A DNA stretch of 64,000 nucleotides from Azolla caroliniana (taxonomy: Eukaryota > Plantae > Polypodiophyta): contig JBHGNT010000011.1 of NCBI GenBank assembly GCA_043228905.1, positions 12,462,001 through 12,526,000 of the forward strand. The letters run 5' to 3'. The notes beneath the pieces are model-generated. The model made no database searches and was not told where the DNA came from. It saw only the letters and a list, made by a program, of their open reading frames with translations. Position numbers and translations under genes: made by a program. Positions 39,001 to 49,856 of this stretch are shown piece after piece (the stretch's first letter is position 1; each line of letters starts with the position of its first letter).

Positions 39001-42000
39001 TGTTCAAACCAAGCACATCAGCAATGAAGAAAAGAAGGTAGTACTTTATGGAATATGTAATGATCCATCGATAAAGGACTTAGTTGATTGTGATGGTCTT
39101 AATGCAAACATATCATCTATTTTAGTAAATAATCTTCGTAATAGTTTCGTATCCATGAGCAGGTCAGAAGATGATCTTGTCTTAAAAAGGTCTAGTCTAA
39201 TGATGTTACTTAATAGTGATGTTGACGATATAAACATCAGTGAGCTATCTAAGGTAATTGGTGTTAGTAGAAAAACAGTGTACAATACAATGAACCGTAT
39301 AATTTCCTCGGGTGAAGGAACTAGTCTACTAAAGCTAACTACAAGATGTAAGCCAATGACACCCATAACATTTGAAATCAAGGATGTAATCACAATGTTT
39401 TGGACTAATGAGAGTAGGGTTTCACCCAATAAAAAGGATTTATGCAGGAAACGTGTTGGAAGAAATCAATACGAGGAGCATCCCATTCATCTTCTTGATG
39501 TACCTCAGGTATTTACATTTATCTCAACATTTGTTTTGACTCTACTCGGAAAGTTAATTAGCTCAGTTAGCAGAAAAGCTAATTAGCTTATCAGTTACAT
39601 TTACCTCAGTTAGCTACTAGGATCGCTACTACATAGGTAACTAGCTACTCTCAATAGTTACTACCATGATAGCTAATTAGCTATTCTCAATAGCTAATTT
39701 AGGTACTACCAGATAATTAGCTGTACTGCTAGCTAGTTAGCTATCATGGTAGCTAGTTAGCTATTTCGTTATTACCAGCTAATTAGCTACTAGGAAAGCT
39801 AATTAGCTACCATGATAGCTAATTAGCTACTATGATAGCTACTACATAGGTAACTGGCTACTCTCAATAGCTACTACCATGATAGCTAATTAGTTAGGAT
39901 AGCTAATTAGCCACCATTATAGCTAATTAGCTACTAGACCAGCTAATTAGCTACCATGATAGCTAATTAGTTACTAGGACAGCTAATTAGCCACCGTGAT
40001 AGCTAATTAGCTACCATGATAGCTAATTAGTTACTAGGAAAGCTAATCAGCCACCATTATAGCTAATTAGCTACTAGACCAGCTAATTAGCTACCACGAT
40101 AGCTAATTAGCTACTAGACCAGCTAATTAGCTACCATGATAGCTAATTAGTTACTAGGAAAGCTAATTAGCCACCATGATAGCTAATTAGCTACTAGACC
40201 AGCTAATTAGCTACCATGATAGCTAATTAGTTACTAGGAAAGCTAATTAGCCACCATGATAGCTAATTAGCTATTAGAGCAGCTAATTAGCTACCATGAT
40301 AGCTAATTAGCTACTAGGACAACTAATTAGCTACTAGGACAGCTAATTAGCTACCATGATAGCTAATTAGCTACTACGACAGCTAATTAGCTACCATGAT
40401 AGCTAATTAGCTACTAGGACAACCAATTAGCTACTAGGACAGCTAATTAGCCACCATGATAGCTAATTAGCTACTACGACAGCTAATTAGCTACCATGAT
40501 AGCTAATTAGCTACTAGAATAGCTAATTAGCTACCATGATAGCTAATTAGCTACTACGACAGCTAATTAACTACCATGATAGCTAATTAGCTACTAGGAC
40601 AACTAATTAGCTACTAGGACAGCTAATTAGCTACCATGATAGCTAATTAGCTACTAGAATAGCTAACTAGCTACTAGAATAGCTAATTAGCTACTAGGAT
40701 AGTTAGCTAGTTACGAGAATAACTAATTCCCCTTTATTACGCAGGTCGATTTATTTATTAGGTTCAAACGAATGCATCCAACTATCAAAGTTCAACTACG
40801 AACATTCGAGTCTCTTAAGCCACACTTTGTGAGACGCTTAAAGGATCGATACACATGTTGTTGCATTTACCATGTACAGATGGGTTTTCTGAAGGACTCT
40901 GTTAATCTACTACGTCACCATAGCGCATCCCTAACTAATACAGTTTGCACATGTGGGTGCCCAATCTGTCGATCAAGCCTGCAAGAGGAGTGTAAATCAT
41001 CTGAGCACGTTATCTCTTCCATGAGTTATTTATTAGATTCAATATTGTGTCCGAGAGAAACTGACGCTATCTTCCATATTCATAAATGTGTCATGGGTTT
41101 ATGTCAAGATTGTGGCCCTACTAGATTTAGGTGGTGTCCAAATGAATTGAGTAGTGAAATATTGATCTCTGTGAAGTTATTTGAGTCAGTGAACACCAAT
41201 TTCGAAGGAAAGGTGTGTAAAAGAAAGGATCTAGTTCGGAAGATGCTTAAACCAAGGGATTTGGTGTCTCTGTTTGTAGTATCTCTAGGAAAGTTCATTA
41301 AACACAACTTCATTTATTCATGGCAGGCCCATCAGTTTAAGACTTGCATATCTGATTTCCCAAATGATGTAGTAGTCTCAGTAGTAGATTTCGCAGAGAA
41401 TTATACTTTCAAGCAGCAGAATGAAATTCAATCTATGCATTGGTGTTCAGTTCAGGTAACCATTTTTGTGCACATAACATATTTTCGAGTTTCAGGTGAT
41501 GTTAAAAAAGTAATTCATTTCTTTATTTCCGATGATAAGAAGCATGATACCTTGTTCGTCCAACACTGTTTTAAGTTACATTGGCAGTGGTTATTAGCTC
41601 AACGTTTGGAGCTTACTCAACATTGGGTCTGGTCTGACGGAGCTGCGTCACAATTCAAGGCTCGACGTCCATTTTATTTTGTGGGGAGGTATCCTGCTAT
41701 AACAGGTTTGGAGATGAGATGGAATTTTTTTGGGTCTGGCCATGGTAAAGGTGAACATGATGGTGCAGGGGCTGTTATAAAGCGGGCACTTACCCATGAA
41801 CAACTAAAGACAGATGGTGTGCACATGAATTGTGCATCACATGTAGTTGAATTTTTAAGAACAAATATGTCGACGAGTGCCACAGGTGTTTATTCCTCGC
41901 AAGTTCGAGATATCAAACGTGAATTTTGGGAAGTGAAGATAGATGAAGTAAATAGGGAGAAGACCTGGGAGTGCCAAGGAATTCCCGAATTGCGATCTCT

Positions 42001-42586
42001 GCATGCTGTTCGCGGTTATTCCAGGTTGGATGGTCATTGTATTGCGGGTAGAGAATTGACTTGTTTTTGCTTCCATTGTGTGCAGGGAAATTGGAGATAT
42101 TGTCTAAACAAAGCATACATTCAGAATTGGGAGTATCACACTCTGAATGATAAGGAAGCAGTTGATGGAGAAACAGGGCAGAATGCTGACTTCACATATG
42201 AGGGACTTGGAGATACTTTGAGTGATGTCCTGAACGTTGGGGATAACTTCGCTGTAAATGCTGAAGAAGGCAATTCAGAGGGTGCTGATTTCTATATATT
42301 AAAGTGCACGGTTAGTAAACAGTGTGCAAGGCAGAATATTGTAGATGCATGGGGAAATTTTGTATCTGCCGGGACATTCTACATCGAAGGCATTTTTTAT
42401 GCAAAACTAGATGACTACGAATATGTGTACAGGCTGTTAGAAGACAAACCAGCGGCGTATATGTACTCTCATTTGGTCAGATGCATCAACGTCCCAATGT
42501 CAGAATACAATAGCTGCTCCGGTTTATACACTGTTGGTGCTAATGTGTATGAATGTATTTACAATAGTATGCCATGGAATTTGTAG
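33090..42586 (+). CDS. Sola-like DDD transposase, ~863 aa when reconstructed (33090-33240 + 38910-39508 + 40745-42586); exon 1 interrupted by a gypsy insertion
   Basis: HTH NISELSKVIGVSRKTVY; CCCIYH and Cys-rich motifs; catalytic DFAENY / SDGAASQFK / GHGKGEHDG; phase-0 intron CAG|GT...CTAAT..CAG|GTC; the frame is restored once the insert and one TSD copy are removed. Confidence 0.85.
33241..36122 (-). repeat. Tandem LTR array: three 717-bp units plus one complete 731-bp LTR
   Basis: Units start at 33241, 33958, 34675 and 35392 and are virtually identical. Confidence 0.95.
33805..33873 (+). promoter_or_regulatory. tRNA-like Pol III A/B-box segment in LTR U3 (repeated in every LTR copy)
   Basis: TAGTGTAATGGTAAG...GCAAGGTTCGAATCTTGC followed by T-rich tracts. 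Confidence 0.55.
36520..38139 (-). CDS. gag: Gag-like protein (539 aa) with long acidic/basic low-complexity tail
   Basis: Open ORF from the first ATG after the PBS; FNGKDVSRYL..YKAEM gag motif shared with 1828-2550 and 58008-59485. Confidence 0.8.
   Translation of the reverse strand: MEAQQANNMMAMFERMLQEQRTMSEISTSVERLVQRNGQFNGKDVSRYLQDYKAEMLRCRASEGLQVTSFNRVATDGLQGRIHKIQQQNSTWESFEEALREAYDYERWTGRDRREFDEWVASEKTHRSATQAFLEFEHRFGRLSERERRLVGEDKVLMFVRSIDRKERMDIGIELEDDDGANGLTEDWAKVERVCRRHDERKLRISSTTTWPMKDGRLRKNDEANMKAEIQHDGTTGERVEQDTHSSCERTMAKDKADNSSVEGNFGVQVPETSGQKGVSIIDVCIIDADKECEADVIKEVATNDEIESEVAMDESMADCHIETSPPLIPETPAVAIERQRETEETEGGGEKTNVEADEYDEEIAEKNAKGETTKEGNTEDSCQQYLETSAVVSENQRETGETGDGGEEGKVGSRFGWKMIHPKFQSKRKCDNAEVGSMTGEARNTEHALRRIKKRVLWRIKKHALRREKKHALQPHEDRTTSTYRRTYVANNGKKCRKSNRTRQVKTKKRKQIQTKRKEKKPTRKSTESVKTDQPSPD
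38178..38905 (-). repeat. 5' LTR (728 bp), clearly diverged from the 3' LTR array
   Basis: Same termini as the 3' LTRs but many substitutions and indels. Confidence 0.85.
39550..40720. repeat. TAGCTAATTAGCTA palindromic minisatellite, transposase intron, copy B
   Basis: Regular 20-bp period, alternating CCATGA and CTAG(G/A)N spacers. Confidence 0.95.
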
Positions 42587-43060
42587 CTACAAGTAGCACT
42601 TACCATGTTCTCTTGTAAAACAAACATGTATTTCGCGAAAACAGATCAATAAATTCGTTTGGAATCAATTTCTTGTATACAGTCTACTTTCTGTTCTTCT
42701 TTCTCAATAAAATCATGTCTTTTTTGTTAAGTTTTAAGTTATAAGTTATAGCGAAATAGTCATCAGTAGCTAATTAGCTGTACAAATGCAGCTAATTAGC
42801 TGTACAAATGTATTTACAATAGTATGCCATGGAATTTGTAGCTACAAGTAGCACTTACCATGTTCTCTTGTAAAACAAACATGTATTTCGCGAAAACAGA
42901 TCAATAATTCGTTTGGAATCAATTTCTTGTATACAGTCTACTTTTTGTGCTTCTTTCTCAATAAAATCATGTCTTTTTTGTTAAGTTTTAAGTTATAAGT
43001 TATAGCGAAATAGTCATCAGTAGCTAATTAGCTGTACAAATGCAGCTAATTAGCTGTCAA
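42552..43060. repeat. ~255-bp tandem duplication of the transposase 3' end/UTR
   Basis: ATGTATTTACAATAGTATGCC at 42553 and 42808; single copy in copy A. Confidence 0.85.
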
Positions 43061-43489
43061 TAGCTAAATAGTCATCAATAGAATGAAATCAACAATCTGC
43101 AACATATTCCTCAAATTACACAGTAGATAAGTACAGTGGGAACAAGTAATTAAATTCTTCATTGAATAATGTCATCTCTTTACATATTTATAAATTACCA
43201 TTGGAAATGTCTACAAATCTCCTATAAACAGCTAAGCTCTTGCTAGTCAGTGGAACGAGTCTACATATATTATCCGCATATTGAGCTCGGTATGGAGTCC
43301 ACAACCATGCACCTAGTTGGCAGCTCACTGTTTGCACCAGGTACTGTTCAGGCATTTCCTCGGGTAGAATGAGACAACATCTCCGAATATTGAAGTAGTG
43401 TCGGAAATGTTCTGTATCCAAAATCAATGTATTGTCGGCATTATATTCAGGCCAAGTAGCCCAAAAATCAGAAAGTCTCTTGAATCTTG

Positions 43490-46400
43490 TGTAAGGAATA
43501 GACCCTTCTATCCACCTTCTTGTCTCGGCCACAACCGATTAATCGCGGATCAATGGAGCAGAAAATAGGAAACACACGTAGAGACAAAACGAAGAAACGC
43601 GAGTACACAAGGATTAACGTGGAAAACCCTAAACGGGGAAAAACCACGGGAGTACAAGACTCCAAACAACACTATACAGAGAAGTATACAATGACGAGCT
43701 CCAAGGCGACGACCTTGAGCTCGCTGTCCTCGCCACAGGCGGCGGAAATACACAGAGGCGTCTACCTCTTTCTCTCTCTCGCGCTCTCTCTCTCTCTCTC
43801 TCTCTCACGGCTGCTCTCTCTTCACTCCTCTAAAGTGGAAAAACAGAAAAATGAGAAGCAACAGGAAAACTGTTTGCCCTAAGTCATATTTATACTTATA
43901 TGACTTTGGGCTATTTACAACTATAGCCTCAGGGGGCTCGTAGCGAACATATTCACGGATATGTCCCTGCATCCGGATCGCTCTCCGGGTACATTCGTCA
44001 TCCGGCACCGAAGCCGGGGTCTTCGTCATCCGGATCCGAAACCGAAACCGGGCTTGTCGGCATTCATCTCCGATATCCGACCATCCCATCCGAAAGGGAC
44101 CGAAATCCCAACAAACTCCCCCTTCACTTCGGCATGGGATGTCTTTCCAATCCGATCCTCTTCCGGCATGCTTCCAGCTTGTCGGGTGTGAGCACCTTGG
44201 TCAGCATATCCGACCCGTTCTCGTCGGTGTGGATCTTCGTTAGCACGAACTCCTTGTCTTCTATCCTTTCCCGGATCCAGTGATATCTACGCTGGATGTG
44301 TTTCGTCCGGGAGTGATAGGCTGCGTTCTTCGCAAGGTGGATGGCACTCTGACTGTCGCAGTAGAGTCGGTACTCCTCTTGCCGGATACCGAGCTCTCTA
44401 ATGAAGTCCTTCATCCATATTATTTCCTTGCCGGCTTCAACAGCTGCCATGTACTCCGCCTCCGTGGTTGACAACGCAACCGTCTTCTGCAGCCTCGACT
44501 GCCACGAAACAGCTCCCCCTGCATACGTCATCACATACCCTGATGTGGACCGGCTGGTATCTGCATCAGCCGACATATCCGAATCGGTGAAACCGTCGAG
44601 TTCGGGTTTACCGGAGCCGAATCGGAGGCACACGTTTGCCGTGCCCTTCAGGTATCGGAGTATCCACTTGGCCGCGTTCCAATGCTCTTTGCCGGGATTG
44701 CTCATGTACCGGCTCACCACTCCGACTGCATATCCGATGTCCGGTCTCGTACACACCATGGCGTACATCAAGCTCCCGACGGCTGAGGCATACGGCACTT
44801 TCATCATATCCTCCTTCTCAGCCTTTGTCTTGGGACTTTGCTTGCTGGACAGCTTGCAGTTTGCCGGGAGGGTCGATCCGACCGGTCTTGCTTCCGACAT
44901 GTTGAACCGGTGAAGCACCTTCGTCACGTACTTCTCCTGTGACAGCCACAACTGCTTCTTCTTCCGGTCCCGGATGATGTGCATCCCTAGTATTTGCCTC
45001 GCCGGACCCAGGTCCTTCATTGAGAAGGTTCGGTGAAGAGCCTTCTTCAGCATCCGTATCTTGACCTGGTCCCGTCCGACGATCAACATGTCGTCCACGT
45101 ACAGGAGGAGTATTAGAGAGTCTCCTCCTTCGAACTCCTTCACAAACACGCAGTGGTCGGACTGCGTTTTGAGGTACCCTTCGTCGGTCATGAAGGAGTC
45201 GAACTTCCGGTACCATTGCCGGGGAGCCTGCTTCAGTCCGTAAAGGCTCTTCTTCAACCGGCATACCAGGTGCTCCTTCCCTTCCTTCTCGAATCCTTCC
45301 GGTTGCTGCATGTAGATCTCTTCATCGAGGTCGCCGTGAAGGAATGCCGTCTTCACGTCCACCTGTTCTACCTCGAGGTCCATGCTTGCCGCTATGCTCA
45401 GCACCGTCCGGATGGAGGTCATCTTCACTACCGGGGCAAATATCTCGTCGAAGTCGACGCCCTTCTTTTGCTGAAACCCCTTCACCACGATCCTGGCTTT
45501 GTATCTCGGGGGGTTTCCGGCATCTCCCGGTTTCAGCTTGAACACCCACTTGTTTCGAAGTGCCCGCTTTCCCTTCGGCAACTCCACAAGTTCATATGTG
45601 TGGTTCTCATGCAGGGAATCCATCTCGTCCTGCATGGCACTCAACCACCTGCGGCTCTGGGTGTCATGCTTCGCTTCTTCAAAGCTCTCCGGCTCCCCCT
45701 CGTCGGTTAGCAGCACGTGCTCTGGTTCCGGAAATCTCCGGGGGGCCCTTCTCTCTCTTAGAGGATATCTCCGTTCCGGAGCTTCGGTAACCGGTTCTTC
45801 CGATTCTTCTTCATCCGAGACCATTTCGGGATCGGGGCCGGTTCCGGTATCATTTTCATCTTCTTCGGCCGGTTCTGTGTCTTCACCGTCTTCGGCCGGA
45901 TCCTCGAGTGCTAACCGGTCCCTTGCCGGTCGGGACTGCTCCTCGTAGAGTTGATCCTTACCGGTCGACTTGGAGCTCTTCATCTTCTTCTCCGACTCCC
46001 AGTCGGCGAGCGTCTTGTTCTCCATGAAGATGATATCACGACTCCGGAATATCTTCTTGTCGACCGGGTCCCATACTCGGTAGCCGAACTCGTCGTCGCC
46101 GTAACCGAGGAATATGCATGGCCGGGTCTTCGGATCTAGCTTTCCTCTCCGGTCCTTTGCCACATGCACGTATGCGAGACACCCGAACACCTTCAGGTGC
46201 CGGTAGGACACTTCCTTACCAGTCCACACTTTCTGCGGCGTGTCTCCGTCCAAAGGTACTGAGGGTGATCTGTTTATCACGTATGTCGCCGTCGACATTG
46301 CCTCAGCCCAAAACCCCTTGGGTAATTTCGCATGCGCCAGCATACTCCGGACCCGCTCCATTATGGTCCGGTTCATCCTCTCGGCCAGCCCGTTCAGTTC

Positions 46401-48850
46401 CGGCGTCTTCGGCACAGTAAACTCGAGTCGGATTCCCTTCGAGCGACAGTACTCCTGGAACTGCCCTCGGTATTCCCCTCCGTTATCCGCTCGTATCGCT
46501 TTCAGCTTCTTGCCGGATTCTCTTTCCACTCTCGCATGGAGTTCTTTGAAGACGGACAACACTTGGTCCTTTGTCTTCATCGGTGCCGTCCACAGTTTTC
46601 GGCTATGATCATCGATGAATGTTACGAAGTACTGGGCTCCGCCATGTGACTTCGTCTCTACCTGACACACGTCAGTGTGCACCAACTCCAATGGTGCGCT
46701 ACGTCTCGTCGGTGGCCTTGAGTGGAAGGAGGTTCGGTTCTGCTTACCGGCCAGGCAATCGGTGCACTTCTCCAGGTGCACGTGCTTCACTGGGATGAGG
46801 TTGTCTTCTGCAAGCCTCTTCATCCCCTTCTCACTCATGTGGCACAGTCTTTTGTGCCACAGCTCACCGGCAGTGTCGGCTGCCACATTCAGCTCTTCCG
46901 GACATAACCGGGCATTCATCAGGTACAGTGTGTTGACCTTCCGGGCCCGAACCACTATCAAGCTCCCCTTGCTGAACTTCATGACACCGTTCCGGATGCT
47001 ACCCGTGTAGCCTTCATCATCTAGCCTCCCGGCCGAAATCAGGTTCAGTCGGACCTCCGGAACGTGTCGGACATCTTTCAGCAGCATTTTGCATCCGGTC
47101 GGGGTTGTCAACCACACGTCTCCTATGCCGGCAATCCGGCACGTACCTTCATTTCCCATCCGAACACAGCCATGCTCGCCGGCTGTGTAGGATGAGAAGT
47201 ATCTTCTCTCCGGGGTCAGGTGGAACGATGCTCCGGAATCGACCACCCAGGTCGTCTCATCGCCGGCAACGTTTAGCTCACCTTCTTCGGTGATGAGCAT
47301 GATTTCTTCCTCACTTGCCGCGAGTGCCGTTGTTCCTTTCCGGTCTTGCCCTCGCCGATCCGAACCTCTCCGGTCCGTGGCTCCCCGGTATGCACCGTTT
47401 CTCTCCGGTGACTTCTTCGAGTCGGTGTCGTCGGCTCCGTTGTCTTTTCGGTAATGCCGACAATTCTTTCGGAAGTGCCCCGGCTTCCCACAGTGGAAGC
47501 ATGTGGGCCTTCCTCTTGACTGCGACCGGGTCCCCGACTTCTCCCGTCTTTGCGGACTCCGGTTCCATTGTCTTCCCCGATCCGATTCGGTAAGCAGCGC
47601 CTTCGGGTCGGAGGCCGGTTCTTTATCTCTCCGACGCGCTTCTTCGTTCAAAATACTTGTCTTTACCGTTTGTAAGGACAAGTTATCTTCGGTGCAGGAG
47701 GTGCTGAGAGTCACCACCAAGTTCTCCCAGCTGTCCGGCAATGTACACATCAGGATGATGGCTTGCATTGCATCCTCCAACGGGAACTTGATCGCCGCAA
47801 GCTGGTTCACGAATCCCATGAACGTGCTTACGTGTTCCACCATACTCTCGCCGTCCCGATACTTGAGATTCACAATCTTCCTCATCAGGGAGGTCCGGTT
47901 CAACGCATTCTTCCTCTCATAGAGGCCAGACAGCTTCTTCCACATCTCGTATGCGTTGGTGTCGTTCGCCACATGTTGCAGGACGCTTACGTCGACATAT
48001 TGTCGGATCGTCGCTACGGCTTTCCGGTTCAGGAGCTTCCACTCTGACTCAAGTACCCCCTTCGGTATTTCCGACCTGTCAATCGGTTCGTACAGGTCCC
48101 GAACAATCAGAAGATCCTCCATCTTGATCTTCCAGTCGGCGTAATTCTGTGCATTCAGCACCATCATCATCGGCTGCCCGCTGCCGCCGCCTTCCATTTT
48201 CTGCAACAGTCGCTCTGATACCAGTTTGTAAGGAATAGACCCTTCTATCCACCTTCTTGTCTCGGCCACAACCGATTAATCGCGGATCAATGGAGCAGAA
48301 AATAGGAAACACACGTAGAGACAAAACGAAGAAACGCGAGTACACAAGGATTAACGTGGAAAACCCTAAACGGGGAAAAACCACGGGAGTACAAGACTCC
48401 AAACAACACTATACAGAGAAGTATACAATGACGAGCTCCAAGGCGACGACCTTGAGCTCGCTGTCCTCGCCACAGGCGGCGGAAATACACAGAGGCGTCT
48501 ACCTCTTTCTCTCTCTCGCGCTCTCTCTCTCTCTCTCTCTCTCACGGCTGCTCTCTCTTCACTCCTCTAAAGTGGAAAAACAGAAAAATGAGAAGCAACA
48601 GGAAAACTGTTTGCCCTAAGTCATATTTATACTTATATGACTTTGGGCTATTTACAACTATAGCCTCAGGGGGCTCGTAGCGAACATATTCACGGATATG
48701 TCCCTGCATCCGGATCGCTCTCCGGGTACATTCGTCATCCGGCACCGAAGCCGGGGTCTTCGTCATCCGGATCCGAAACCGAAACCGGGCTTGTCGGCAT
48801 TCATCTCCGATATCCGACCATCCCATCCGAAAGGGACCGAAATCCCAACA
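43490..48850 (-). mobile_element. Intact young Ty1/copia element (Tnt1/Tork-like)
   Basis: 624-bp LTRs 43490-44113 and 48227-48850 appear identical; TSD TCTTG; iMet PBS 48211-48223; PPT 44114-44125. Confidence 0.97.
44124..48197 (-). CDS. gag-pol: Copia gag-pol polyprotein (1357 aa)
   Basis: CFHCGKPGHFRKNC, WVVDSGAS, WHKRLCH..C..C, integrase D-D-E, RT YVDD, RNase H; uninterrupted. Confidence 0.97.
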   Translation of the reverse strand: MEGGGSGQPMMMVLNAQNYADWKIKMEDLLIVRDLYEPIDRSEIPKGVLESEWKLLNRKAVATIRQYVDVSVLQHVANDTNAYEMWKKLSGLYERKNALNRTSLMRKIVNLKYRDGESMVEHVSTFMGFVNQLAAIKFPLEDAMQAIILMCTLPDSWENLVVTLSTSCTEDNLSLQTVKTSILNEEARRRDKEPASDPKALLTESDRGRQWNRSPQRREKSGTRSQSRGRPTCFHCGKPGHFRKNCRHYRKDNGADDTDSKKSPERNGAYRGATDRRGSDRRGQDRKGTTALAASEEEIMLITEEGELNVAGDETTWVVDSGASFHLTPERRYFSSYTAGEHGCVRMGNEGTCRIAGIGDVWLTTPTGCKMLLKDVRHVPEVRLNLISAGRLDDEGYTGSIRNGVMKFSKGSLIVVRARKVNTLYLMNARLCPEELNVAADTAGELWHKRLCHMSEKGMKRLAEDNLIPVKHVHLEKCTDCLAGKQNRTSFHSRPPTRRSAPLELVHTDVCQVETKSHGGAQYFVTFIDDHSRKLWTAPMKTKDQVLSVFKELHARVERESGKKLKAIRADNGGEYRGQFQEYCRSKGIRLEFTVPKTPELNGLAERMNRTIMERVRSMLAHAKLPKGFWAEAMSTATYVINRSPSVPLDGDTPQKVWTGKEVSYRHLKVFGCLAYVHVAKDRRGKLDPKTRPCIFLGYGDDEFGYRVWDPVDKKIFRSRDIIFMENKTLADWESEKKMKSSKSTGKDQLYEEQSRPARDRLALEDPAEDGEDTEPAEEDENDTGTGPDPEMVSDEEESEEPVTEAPERRYPLRERRAPRRFPEPEHVLLTDEGEPESFEEAKHDTQSRRWLSAMQDEMDSLHENHTYELVELPKGKRALRNKWVFKLKPGDAGNPPRYKARIVVKGFQQKKGVDFDEIFAPVVKMTSIRTVLSIAASMDLEVEQVDVKTAFLHGDLDEEIYMQQPEGFEKEGKEHLVCRLKKSLYGLKQAPRQWYRKFDSFMTDEGYLKTQSDHCVFVKEFEGGDSLILLLYVDDMLIVGRDQVKIRMLKKALHRTFSMKDLGPARQILGMHIIRDRKKKQLWLSQEKYVTKVLHRFNMSEARPVGSTLPANCKLSSKQSPKTKAEKEDMMKVPYASAVGSLMYAMVCTRPDIGYAVGVVSRYMSNPGKEHWNAAKWILRYLKGTANVCLRFGSGKPELDGFTDSDMSADADTSRSTSGYVMTYAGGAVSWQSRLQKTVALSTTEAEYMAAVEAGKEIIWMKDFIRELGIRQEEYRLYCDSQSAIHLAKNAAYHSRTKHIQRRYHWIRERIEDKEFVLTKIHTDENGSDMLTKVLTPDKLEACRKRIGLERHPMPK

Positions 48851-49856
48851 TCTTGCAGCTTCCATCTGCTCACAATTTTCTCGTGCCCATTGACCTTTAA
48901 AACGACTTCGCCATTTTGGGAAGAATCTTGCCAAACACTTCCACACATCTAATTTTGGTTTTTCACTCCAAATAAACAAATCAAAGTATTCCACAGCCCA
49001 CTCTAGAAACTGATTTGCGTCCCTCCTTGGCTGCATATATCTCACACTCATCAAGACTTTATCGAGCTCCAAGATCAAGGCTCTTCTTTCGACTTCTAGT
49101 GGTTTAGGTTTCCATTCCTGAAACTGAGCCGCTGTTACACCATTTTCTGGTAGGATACGATCAATCTCAATCAGCTCAGGTTCGGCTGACACAACTGGTG
49201 TCCTTTTCCTCTTTAAACCCCTAGTCGACTGTGTTGGGCCTAGCTTCACATTCTGGTGCTCTTGTTTTGTCGACTTAGTTATCAATCCTTGGATTACCTC
49301 AGTGCATGTAGCTACTGTTCTGCTCGATATCAGTCCACTGGTATCACATGCTGCATCTACCTGCAACACCAAGTCATCCGTGCTACATGCTGCATCTACC
49401 TGCAACACCAAGTCATCCGTGCTACATGCTGCATCTACCTGCAACACCAAGTCATCCGTGCTACATGCTTGATAACTTGTGTGACCAGATCACTTGTGTC
49501 AGTTGCTACATCTACTTTCAAGATGGGGCCCTTTAAACATGCCGCAACATCAACAGTATCCACACTGCCATTGGCCTTACGAGCAATAGAATCAAACCCT
49601 TTAGACTCTGCAACATCAGAAAACACCAACATATTCACACTCACAAAGTAACTAATAGTCTCACAAAACAATATCCTGAACATCAAAGAGTTTCAGTCAT
49701 AGAACAACACTCTTCAAATTATCTTGGAAAAACATCATAGAGTTCCATTACATAATGTGGATCAAGCAACAACCAATCTGAGGTTTTACTTGTCCAACAG
49801 GATAGTAAAACTTCATAAAACCCTAGCAAAATCCCTAAGCTAACAATCATATCCAA

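Larger units (their letters stand above)
43188..49686 (-). pseudogene. FCP1/SCP-like phosphatase-domain cargo gene, copy B (49686-48851 + 43484-43188), split by the copia insertion and with a 1-bp frameshift near 49472
   Basis: LILELDKVL, FLEWAVEYFDLFIWS, WARENC, FKRLSDFW, YNADNTLILD; 39-bp (13-aa) repeats DDLVLQVDAACST. Confidence 0.7.

Noticed and set aside
39550-40720. Palindrome plus 6-nt variable spacer read as a mini-CRISPR
   Set aside because: The spacers are a few recurring hexamers, typical of minisatellite turnover
44280-48144. Many + strand ORFs opposite copia pol
   Set aside because: Antisense shadows of a GC-rich coding sequence
48198-48269. ORF-track N-terminal extensions of copia gag-pol (and of gag at 38140-38226)
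   Set aside because: They start at non-ATG codons inside the LTR/PBS; the first ATG after the PBS was used instead
48542-49450. 302-aa ORF as a real fusion protein
   Set aside because: Read-through from the phosphatase-like exon into the copia LTR at 48850
49687-49856. Splice joining the RING gene to the phosphatase-like gene
   Set aside because: A plausible acceptor exists near 49607 but I found no convincing donor; left as separate genes pending cDNA
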